A DNA stretch of 17,875 nucleotides from Armatimonadia bacterium (GTDB taxonomy: Bacteria; Armatimonadota; Zipacnadia; Zipacnadales; UBA11051), in contig JBDKRC010000349.1 in NCBI GenBank assembly GCA_039683575.1, forward strand, positions 1 through 17,875, read 5' to 3'. The notes beneath the pieces are model-generated. The model was not told where the DNA came from and did not search any database. It saw only the letters and a program-made list of their open reading frames with translations. The position numbers and the translations under genes are program-made. Positions 1 to 7,074 of this stretch are shown here, in pieces. Positions within the stretch are counted from its first letter, which is position 1. Every line of letters begins with the position of its first letter.

Positions 1-66
1 GGCCAGCAGCAGCAGGGGTACGGTGATTGCCATGCGGCGGCGGGTGGCGGCGCTGGTGCCGGTCAT
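1..66 (-). CDS. ABC transporter permease (FecCD/BtuC family), N-terminal fragment; runs off the window edge
   Basis: The ATG at 66-64 overlaps the TGA of the ATPase (ATGA coupling). It translates as MTGTSAATRRRMAITVPLLLLA: a basic patch, then the start of a hydrophobic helix. The product is inferred from operon context. Confidence 0.65.
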   Translation of the reverse strand, partial: MTGTSAATRRRMAITVPLLLLA

Positions 67-860
67 GGGCGCTCACCGCCGCCCGACAGAATCACCTGCG
101 GCCGCCCCGAGAGCGGGTTCGGCGTGATCGGCAAGTCGAGTTCATAGACCTCGCGGAGGGTCTGCGCGGTCACAACCTGCTCAGGTGCGCCATCAGCGAC
201 GAGACTGCCGTTCTTGAGCAGCAGCAAGCGCGGGCAGAACTCCGACGCCAGGTTGATATCATGTGACACCCACAGGACCGTCAGCCCCTCTTCGGTGTTG
301 AGTTGCCGCAGCAGTCGCGCGATGTCGAGTTGGTGGCGCAGATCCAGATGCGCCGTCGGCTCGTCTAGGAGCAGTATCCGCGGCTCCTGCGTCAGCGCCC
401 GGGCGATGATCACGCGCTGCAGTTCACCACCGCTAAGCTCTGTCACCAGCCGGTCGCGCAGACCCGCGCAGTCGGTGCGGGCGAGAGCGGCGTTGATGAC
501 GTCGAAATCCTTCGGGCCGGGGCTTTCGAGCAATCCCAGGTACGGGTGGCGCCCCATGGCGACTATGTCGAGCACGGAGAAGGCAAAGGGAATTGTGGCG
601 TATTGGGGCACAAGCCCGATCAAGCGCGCCCGGTGTCGGCTATCGTAGCTATGCAGGTCCCGGCCATCGAGCAACACCTGCCCCGCCGAGGAGGTTAGCA
701 ACCCCGCCAGTACCCGCAGCAGCGTGCTCTTGCCGCTGCCATTGGGACCGAGAAGCGCGACCATCTCGCCGGAGTTCAGGGACAGGTCGAGACCGTGGAG
801 GATCTCATCCTCCCCATATCCGGCGCGCAGGCCGCGCGTTTGCAGGATCGGTTCAGTCAT
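63..860 (-). CDS. ABC transporter ATP-binding protein, cobalamin/Fe-siderophore family (BtuD/FepC-like)
   Basis: Walker A GPNGSGKST, Q-loop VPQ, signature LSGGELQRV, Walker B LLLDEPT and H-loop VSHD are present. The start is placed at ATG 860 (MTEPIL), which overlaps the binding-protein stop (ATGACTGA). Confidence 0.93.
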   Translation of the reverse strand: MTEPILQTRGLRAGYGEDEILHGLDLSLNSGEMVALLGPNGSGKSTLLRVLAGLLTSSAGQVLLDGRDLHSYDSRHRARLIGLVPQYATIPFAFSVLDIVAMGRHPYLGLLESPGPKDFDVINAALARTDCAGLRDRLVTELSGGELQRVIIARALTQEPRILLLDEPTAHLDLRHQLDIARLLRQLNTEEGLTVLWVSHDINLASEFCPRLLLLKNGSLVADGAPEQVVTAQTLREVYELDLPITPNPLSGRPQVILSGGGERP

Positions 861-1815
861 GGAACGCCTGCGGATGGAGAGCCTTCGCCAACTCCACCAG
901 CCCAAGCGCCAGACGTGGACCGGGGACGCTGAGGTGGTTGACGTCTATCACAATCACGCGGCCGGATTTGACCGCACTCACGTTCCGCCACACCGGGTTA
1001 GCCCGCAGGCGGCGCAGGTGGCTCTCGCGGGTCATCGGAGTGCCATTCTCGTCATTGGTCATGACCAGTACCTGCGGGTCAAGCTCGACGACCTTCTCAA
1101 GCGAGAGCGTCCCAAAGGGCTGGGCGATCTGGGCCAGATTGCGGGCTCCTGCCGCCGTGAGCATCTCTGACTGAAAGGTCCCCTGCCCGGCCACGAACAG
1201 CGGATCGAGCGAAACGATCAGCAGCGCGCCCGGGCGCGGCGCCGAATCCTGTGCCACGGTTTGCTCGACGCGCTGCCGCGCACAAGTGAGTGTCCCCGCC
1301 AGTTGCTTACCCCTGTCCGCAACCCCGCCGACCTGCCCTATCTTCTCGATAGCGCCCACAGCCTGGTCCCAGGTCGTCTGCTCCAACGCGAAGACCTTCA
1401 GCCCCGTGCCACGCAGGCTGTCCATGAAGGCCCGAGGCGTACCGCGAGTGGCGAAGATCACATCCGGGGCCAGCGAGACAATCTTCTCCTCGCTGGCATC
1501 CACATAGCCGCCCACCTTCTCCTTCTGCAGCGCCTCCGGCGGGTATTTGCAGAACGTCGTGACGCCGACGACACGGTCGCCCAGGCCAAGGGCGAAGGCG
1601 ATCTCAGTGAGGCTCGGGGCGAGGGTGATGATGCGCTGCGGCGGGCGCTCAAAGGTCATGGAGACGCCGAGGTCATCGCTGATGGTGAGGGGGAAGGAGG
1701 TGGCTGCACTATCTCTTGTGGGAGTGGTCTCCCCCCCCGCAGTGGGAGGGGTCTCCAGACCCCGACATCCCGTCAGGACGACCACGATAAGCAACAGAGG
1801 AATGCAATGGCGCAA
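853..1815 (-). CDS. Cobalamin-binding lipoprotein of the ABC transporter (BtuF-like, TroA/helical-backbone family)
   Basis: Family motifs 'TISDDLG..MTFERPPQRIITLAPSLTEIAFALGLGDRVVGVT..CKYP', 'EKIVSLAPD', 'SLEKVVELDP', 'SAVKSGRV' and 'PGPRL'. A TTG at 1815 gives the lipoprotein signal MRHCIPLLLIVVVLTG-C. The upstream in-frame extension runs through the riboswitch and terminator and is taken as non-coding. B12 specificity is inferred from the riboswitch. Confidence 0.88.
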   Translation of the reverse strand: MRHCIPLLLIVVVLTGCRGLETPPTAGGETTPTRDSAATSFPLTISDDLGVSMTFERPPQRIITLAPSLTEIAFALGLGDRVVGVTTFCKYPPEALQKEKVGGYVDASEEKIVSLAPDVIFATRGTPRAFMDSLRGTGLKVFALEQTTWDQAVGAIEKIGQVGGVADRGKQLAGTLTCARQRVEQTVAQDSAPRPGALLIVSLDPLFVAGQGTFQSEMLTAAGARNLAQIAQPFGTLSLEKVVELDPQVLVMTNDENGTPMTRESHLRRLRANPVWRNVSAVKSGRVIVIDVNHLSVPGPRLALGLVELAKALHPQAFHD

Positions 1816-1835
1816 GAAGGGAGCCTGCAGAACCG

Positions 1836-1860
1836 AAAAAGATTGCCTGGAGGGCAATCT
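1836..1860 (-). terminator. Intrinsic terminator/attenuator of the riboswitch expression platform
   Basis: On the minus strand it reads AGATTGCC-CTCCA-GGCAATCT-TTTT, a perfect 8-bp stem followed by Ts. It lies between the riboswitch and the btuF-like start. Confidence 0.8.
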
Positions 1861-1871
1861 AGCTAGTGCGT

Positions 1872-1984
1872 CGCCGTTCCCGCCCTCGAGGAGTGTCGGC
1901 ATCGTAATGGTGTCCTGGCTCGCGGGTGACCGCATACAGTCGCGGGGCGGCGCCGGCCTTGAACCGGCTTCCCATTCAGGTTGT
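1872..1984 (-). ncRNA. Cobalamin (B12) riboswitch, compact form
   Basis: Minus strand: AATGG-GAA-GCCGG-TTCAAGG-CCGGC-GCCGCCCCGC-GACTGTAT-GCGG-TCAC-CCGC-GAGCCAGGACA-CCATT, then a P13-like GCCG...CTCGAGGGCGGGAA-CGGC. It has the GGGAA, P4 T-loop, CCCCGC-ACTGT and B12-box (GAGCCAGGA-ACC) elements and sits upstream of a Btu-type transporter. Confidence 0.9.
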
Positions 1985-1990
1985 GGTGGC

Positions 1991-2019
1991 ATTGTAGAAG
2001 CAGCAGCAGGCGGCGTCAA
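1991..2019 (-). promoter_or_regulatory. Sigma70-type promoter for the riboswitch-btu operon
   Basis: TTGACG (2019-2014), a 17-nt spacer, then TACAAT (1996-1991). The predicted TSS is near 1984, immediately before the aptamer. Confidence 0.8.
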
Positions 2020-2055
2020 GGGGCTGAACGAGGCGGTGAAGGCAGAGCCGCCAAC

Positions 2056-2154
2056 GCTGCCTGTAGGAGCGGTCACCAGACCGCGATCATCACCGACCAA
2101 CCACTAGGGGTAGCGCCCAGCCATCGCGGTCTGGTGACCGCTCCTACAGGCAGC
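2056..2154. repeat. GTAG-type REP doublet (REPIN-like): perfect 32-bp inverted repeat with a 35-nt spacer
   Basis: GCTGCCTGTAGGAGCGGTCACCAGACCGCGAT (2056-2087) and its exact reverse complement (2123-2154). Each arm has a GTAG tag followed by the internal palindrome GCGGTC-ACCA-GACCGC. Confidence 0.88.
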
Positions 2155-2186
2155 CGGGTCGGCGATACTCATCGCCAGCGGCGCCG

Positions 2187-5168
2187 CTACCGGTCCCGCA
2201 CCACCACTCCCGTCTCCGCCAACTCCCACTCCCGTACTTCCCCCGGCCCGGCCAGCCTCCCGAGATGCACACGCAACCGCCGCGCCTGCTCGGGATCGGC
2301 GGTCAATAGCAGCACGAAGCCCCCTCCCCCAGCTCCCGCCAGCTTCGCGCCTGTGATGAAAGGTCTGACGCCCTCCAGCAGCGCCTCCAGCGGCGCGTTG
2401 GACGTCGCTGAGACCAGTTGCTGGTTAAGCTCGTGATGGCGGCTCATAAGCTGCCCGAGATACTGCCAGTCGCCCTCGCTGAGCGCGTGGGCCATCTCCC
2501 ACGCCAGCGTCTTGATGCTGTGGAGTATCTGCACGGTGCCGGCCTCGCGAGCGAGGTAGCGCGCCACCACCTGCTCAAGCAGCCCCCGCGCGAGGCGCTG
2601 CAGGCCGGTGTCGTACAGCACGAACCGCTCGGCGAACTCCCTCTGGCGCTCCGGCGACCATGACAGCGGGTTCACGCGCAGGCGCTGGGTCAGGCCCGGC
2701 CCGGAGTGAACGAGCTTCGCACCGGGATAGATGGCCCCCACCTGATCCTGCCAGCCGCCCCCCGTCGTCATAAACTGCTCCAAGCGCAGTACCTGCTCGC
2801 TCAGCGCGGCAGGCGAGAGCGTCAGGCCGATCATCTGGGCGAGCGCAGAGAGCACCGTAGCGGCCAGGATGCTCGAGGTCCCAAGCCCCGACCCAAGCGG
2901 CAACGAGACGCTGGTAGTGATCTCGAGCCCGCCACCAGCGCTGGTCAGCAGATCCGCCAGGTCATCACCTTGTCGCACCAGCCCCGTCAGCGCCAGTGCC
3001 GCTCGCGGAATGGCCGACGAGGAGCCGGGGTCGGGTGCCACCAGTACCTCCTCAGTCGTGCGGTACTCGAAGCGATCGGCGCAATCGGCGGACAGGCACC
3101 GGATCAAAGGTTCGTCCAGCCGCCGGATTGTCGTCCGCACCGGGTACTCGCCATCAATCAGCAGCGCCAGGTTGAGCACCGTACCGCCCCAGTCGAGACA
3201 GAAGGGCGGGGTATCCGACCAGCCGCCCCCGAGGTCAACGCGCGCAGGCGCGGCAACGCAGACCTGCTCGGTGCCCCACTGGCGCGGGGCGGCGGCGAAG
3301 GGATCGTCATACTCGGCGGCATCCACCGCGCGACGCACGGAGGCGAAGGCACTGGCACGGGCACGTGCGGCCTCGTCGGTCAGTCCGGCGTGGATGAGCA
3401 GCAACTGCGCCTGCTGGAAACGGCTCGCCGCGGCGGTTGGCGCGGCGGCCAACACATGCTCGCCGCGTCGCATGAGCGCGCGCCCTGCTGACGCCACAGG
3501 CACCAGCGCGGGGGCATTGGCCAGGAGCGGGCGTATGTCCGCGTCCTCTTCGGCCAGCGCCACGGCAGCGGTCTCCCACTGCGCCTCCAGGCGTCGGGCC
3601 CGCGCCTCGGCCAGAGCCTGGCTATCGGCCCATTGGGCGCTCTCGGCAAGGCTCAGGCGGGGCAGGGCGGCCCATCCGGCGGCGCTAAAGCCGTCGGCAA
3701 GGCTCATCTGCCAGCGAGCACAGGCCCAGGCGGTTCGAGGGTCGGTGACCGGGAACAGCCGGGCATTCCAGAGACTGCGCTCGGCCTCCGGCACACCACG
3801 CCAGACTTGCTCAGGTGTAATGCCAAGCTCGCCGAGTGCTTCCCCAAACGGGCGCCCCAGCCAACTGCCGCTGCCGACAGGCTCCTTGGGATCGTCCCCG
3901 ACGCCATACACCCGCAGGACCGTGCCCTGCAGGCCCCCATCCGTGCGCACGGGGACCTGATGGACGACGGTGTCGGGCGGGATGTCAACCGCCTTCGGCA
4001 GATCGGTAAGTCCGTGAAGAATGGCTCCGGCACCAGCGCGGACCGGCATGGTGAGGTGGCATTCGAGCAGGATGGCACCGGAAGCGATGTCGCCGCCACC
4101 TGTGAGGACGCTGTCGAGTATCACCCCCGCCGAGTGAACCCCGGCCGGCGCGGCGGCCGTACGTTGCCGCGCCTCATACAGACGCGAGAAGTTGGTCTCC
4201 TCGGCCATGAGATGCCTGAACAGCCGCGTGGTGCCAACGTGGGTGAACTCGCCATCCACAAGGTCACAGCGGAACGGCACCCCATGCATCGCTGCGGCCA
4301 GGTCATGCAGCAGCGGGTGGTCGCCGGCGGAAGGGTGGAACTGGCCGGTGAGGCTGAAAGTAACGTGCTCGTAGAGGTCTACGACGGGGTAGTTGGGCCC
4401 GGCCGCCCGCAAAGCAGGCGCGAGCCCGGTGAGCCGCCCGGCCACGTCCGGGCTGAAGTAGAGCAGGCCGGTGTCCAAAGCCACCTGCTCATCGTCAAGC
4501 AGCGCTCCCGACGCCTCGGCCTCCTCGATGGTAGGCTTTTGGAGGAATGAATAGACCCGCCCCGCCGAGTCCAGCACATACACGCCATGCTTGCTGCCCA
4601 CGTCGAAAGGCTGCCGCATGGCGACGCCAGATACGCCCTCACCCGACCAATCAGCCTCCGCGGAGGCAAACGTGAGCAGCACATCCCCCGACAGCACCAC
4701 CACGCCCGCATCGAGACGGTCGGTCCAGGGCGTAGAGAGCGCCAGCACCTCATCGAAAAGCGTGCTGGGCGCTCCCCAGGCGGTGTCAACGGGCAAGGCG
4801 CTGAAGAGCTTGCCGGAGAGGGAGTACTGCGGCAGGCGGCGGGAGTCGCCGCCAGCATGAACGAGGAGCACCCGCTGCTGCGCTTCCGGGGACTGCTGCG
4901 CCAAATCATACAAGGCGTTGATCGTGGCCCCGCCGGAGCCAAGCCTCCGGTCATCCAGATCGGGCACCACTAGCGTTCGCACGCCCGGCGGCAACTGGCC
5001 AGACTGGCGCCGCCGCGCGATCTCCTGCTCATAGCGCTCGGCCTGTCGCGCCGAACTGGCAGTGATGACCAGCGCCGTCCACCAGTGCGCAGGTGCCTGA
5101 CCGGACGCGAGCAGGTCAGCATAGCGGCCCTTGGCGTCGCGGGTGATGGCGGCGAGGTCAGTGGGCAC
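2187..5168 (-). CDS. fkp: Bifunctional L-fucose-1-phosphate guanylyltransferase / L-fucokinase
   Basis: N-terminal nucleotidyltransferase motifs 'LGSGGAT', 'LLVHAGGDSRRLPQYSLSGKLFSALP', 'SGDVL', 'HGVY', 'FLQKP' and 'FTHVGT'. C-terminal GHMP kinase motifs 'PARVDLGGGWSDTPP', 'PLGSGLGTSSILAA', 'LEQFMTTGGGWQDQ' and 'KLAGAGGGGF'. GTG start with an upstream GAGGTG, overlapping the previous stop. Confidence 0.9.
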   Translation of the reverse strand: MPTDLAAITRDAKGRYADLLASGQAPAHWWTALVITASSARQAERYEQEIARRRQSGQLPPGVRTLVVPDLDDRRLGSGGATINALYDLAQQSPEAQQRVLLVHAGGDSRRLPQYSLSGKLFSALPVDTAWGAPSTLFDEVLALSTPWTDRLDAGVVVLSGDVLLTFASAEADWSGEGVSGVAMRQPFDVGSKHGVYVLDSAGRVYSFLQKPTIEEAEASGALLDDEQVALDTGLLYFSPDVAGRLTGLAPALRAAGPNYPVVDLYEHVTFSLTGQFHPSAGDHPLLHDLAAAMHGVPFRCDLVDGEFTHVGTTRLFRHLMAEETNFSRLYEARQRTAAAPAGVHSAGVILDSVLTGGGDIASGAILLECHLTMPVRAGAGAILHGLTDLPKAVDIPPDTVVHQVPVRTDGGLQGTVLRVYGVGDDPKEPVGSGSWLGRPFGEALGELGITPEQVWRGVPEAERSLWNARLFPVTDPRTAWACARWQMSLADGFSAAGWAALPRLSLAESAQWADSQALAEARARRLEAQWETAAVALAEEDADIRPLLANAPALVPVASAGRALMRRGEHVLAAAPTAAASRFQQAQLLLIHAGLTDEAARARASAFASVRRAVDAAEYDDPFAAAPRQWGTEQVCVAAPARVDLGGGWSDTPPFCLDWGGTVLNLALLIDGEYPVRTTIRRLDEPLIRCLSADCADRFEYRTTEEVLVAPDPGSSSAIPRAALALTGLVRQGDDLADLLTSAGGGLEITTSVSLPLGSGLGTSSILAATVLSALAQMIGLTLSPAALSEQVLRLEQFMTTGGGWQDQVGAIYPGAKLVHSGPGLTQRLRVNPLSWSPERQREFAERFVLYDTGLQRLARGLLEQVVARYLAREAGTVQILHSIKTLAWEMAHALSEGDWQYLGQLMSRHHELNQQLVSATSNAPLEALLEGVRPFITGAKLAGAGGGGFVLLLTADPEQARRLRVHLGRLAGPGEVREWELAETGVVVRDR

Positions 5169-7074
5169 CGGACACCTCGCCAGCCCGAACCGTGACGACG
5201 TGATACGAGCCGTGGGGGCCTCTGAGCGTGATAAGCGGCTGGAACGGCGACTTGGGGTTCATGCCATTGCCCACCCGCACCAGCAGGTCCATGAACGTCA
5301 CCGCGCCCTCATAGGGCTCCAGGCAGGCAGGGAGGGCATAGATCATCGTCTTGCAGCGGCGCTCGCGGCACAGGGCCAGCAGGTCTGCTTCTGTCTTCGG
5401 ATAGTCCCCGCGGTGGGTGTACCACGAGTAGTGCTCGACACGCGGCGGGCGCATGCGGTACTTGGCGAAGTAGAACGGCGAGGTGCTGCAATAGGTCATA
5501 TCCAGCAGTGGCTGGCTGCGGAAGACGGGGGTGCGGGCGAGTTGGCGGATCGCCGGGTCAATGGGCTGACCAATGGTACGCCAACGGGTAATATCGTTGC
5601 CCGCCCCCGGCAGGAGACGCTGCGGGACGAACCAGGCGAAGGCCAGCCAGATGCCCGCCACGAGCGTGGCAACGCGCCAGTAATGGCGGTATTGGAACCC
5701 TTCCTTGATCCACACCATCGCAACTGCGGCGAAGTACGCCCACGCGGGCGCAAGGACTGCCAGGAACCGCGAGGTCGGTATCCACTCAGGCGCATCCGAA
5801 GTGTAGATGACGTACAGCGCCAGCCCCCACACGGCAAGGAAGATGCCTGTCCAACTGCGGTAGCGGGACAGCGCGACCACCAGCCCCAGCAGGGCGAGCA
5901 GCGCCAGCGGCGGCGTCAGGTCGCTCAGCAGCCGCAGGGGGTACGCCATCACCAGTGACAAATCGAGCCAGTTGCGCGGGCATAGCAGGAACGGCCGGAC
6001 GTCGAGGACCTTCGTGATGGCCAGCCACGGCAGCATCGTCAGCAGCGAGAGCGCGAAGAGCTTGAGGTAATCCCGTGCCAGCAGCCGCCCCTGTCCCCTC
6101 CCCCGCCAGACCCACAGCAGCAGCGCCACAAGCATGAGCGGGGCGATGATAGCCGCCATCCGCTCGTACAGGACAAGCAGCCCGGCCAGCAGGAACGCAC
6201 TGGCCGCGTGTGTCCGCGACCCGTCTTTCAGGTGGCGGGCAAAGCAATACACAGTCGCCGCAACCAGCGCCGCCTGTCCGCTGACGAGGTACACCTGCAG
6301 CGACCAGTGCATGAAGATGGGCGTGTAGAGCAAAACAGTGGCGGCAAAGACCCCGGCACTCTCGTCATGCTCGAGGGCAACGAAGCGATATGTGTACCAC
6401 GCAGCGATGAGCGCAAACAGCAGACCGGGCAGGCGAAGGGCCGTCTCACTTACGCCAAAGAGCAGCAGCGAGGCCAGACGCGCCGCCGGGTCGAGCGGAG
6501 GATAGCGAAACAGATCGAGGTTCGCCTGCGGGACATGGGCATAGAGCCACTGGTAGAGAGCGAAATACGCGGCGAGACCAACGGGCCCCGCAACATACCA
6601 GAACAGGCGCGGAAGCCGGAGGCCGCGTCGGCGCACAAGGTAGACCACTGCCACCACGGCAGCGACGGCCAGCCACGCCGCAATGTGCCACCACAGGGCC
6701 AGGTCGTGCCCCGTACGCCACGTCAGGAGGTCATACAGCCCCGCCGGCACGCCGGCATGGAGTTCCTCGTCGCCGTAACCCATCTCAAGCGGGTGCCCGC
6801 GCTGGACGACAATCTGGATCGCAAGCCACGGCAGCACTATGAGCGGCCACGCCCGCGGCACCAGCCGTGGCAGCGACGGACACTGCGGCCACGCCGGCAG
6901 GCGCAGCAGCTTCAGCACCAGCAGCGCCACCACAAAGCAGGCCAGAAGCCCGCCAAGCAGCAGCGCATTGCGCCCCGGGTCGTCGCTGCGCACCCACAGC
7001 GGCAGCGCCAGGTACGCCAGCAACCATCCCCCTATCACCACACCCCAGGTTGACGTCGAGCGAGTCTGGCTCAT
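5158..7074 (-). CDS. GT-C fold integral membrane glycosyltransferase (ArnT/PMT_2, GT83/GT39-like)
   Basis: Many hydrophobic segments, the acidic loop 'YGDEELH', then 'RYPPL', 'LFGVSETALRLP' and 'RFLAVLAP', with a soluble C-terminal domain. The ATG at 7074 has a GGAG RBS and an ATGA overlap with the upstream gene. Confidence 0.8.
   Translation of the reverse strand: MSQTRSTSTWGVVIGGWLLAYLALPLWVRSDDPGRNALLLGGLLACFVVALLVLKLLRLPAWPQCPSLPRLVPRAWPLIVLPWLAIQIVVQRGHPLEMGYGDEELHAGVPAGLYDLLTWRTGHDLALWWHIAAWLAVAAVVAVVYLVRRRGLRLPRLFWYVAGPVGLAAYFALYQWLYAHVPQANLDLFRYPPLDPAARLASLLLFGVSETALRLPGLLFALIAAWYTYRFVALEHDESAGVFAATVLLYTPIFMHWSLQVYLVSGQAALVAATVYCFARHLKDGSRTHAASAFLLAGLLVLYERMAAIIAPLMLVALLLWVWRGRGQGRLLARDYLKLFALSLLTMLPWLAITKVLDVRPFLLCPRNWLDLSLVMAYPLRLLSDLTPPLALLALLGLVVALSRYRSWTGIFLAVWGLALYVIYTSDAPEWIPTSRFLAVLAPAWAYFAAVAMVWIKEGFQYRHYWRVATLVAGIWLAFAWFVPQRLLPGAGNDITRWRTIGQPIDPAIRQLARTPVFRSQPLLDMTYCSTSPFYFAKYRMRPPRVEHYSWYTHRGDYPKTEADLLALCRERRCKTMIYALPACLEPYEGAVTFMDLLVRVGNGMNPKSPFQPLITLRGPHGSYHVVTVRAGEVSGAH

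Noticed and set aside
1950-1970. tRNA-like T-arm (CCGGTTCAAGGCCGG on the minus strand)
   Set aside because: There is no cloverleaf, acceptor stem or anticodon arm. It is the P4/L4 T-loop of the cobalamin riboswitch.
1816-2100. 95-aa N-terminal extension of the BtuF-like ORF
   Set aside because: It runs through the REP, promoter, riboswitch and terminator, and the lipoprotein signal begins only at TTG 1815.
2706-4550. Long plus-strand ORFs (261, 363 and 305 aa) and similar ones at 5131-5958, 6208-7053, 13563-14327, 14373-15194 and 15546-16520
   Set aside because: All lie antisense to well-supported genes and have no recognisable motifs. They are typical high-GC shadows.
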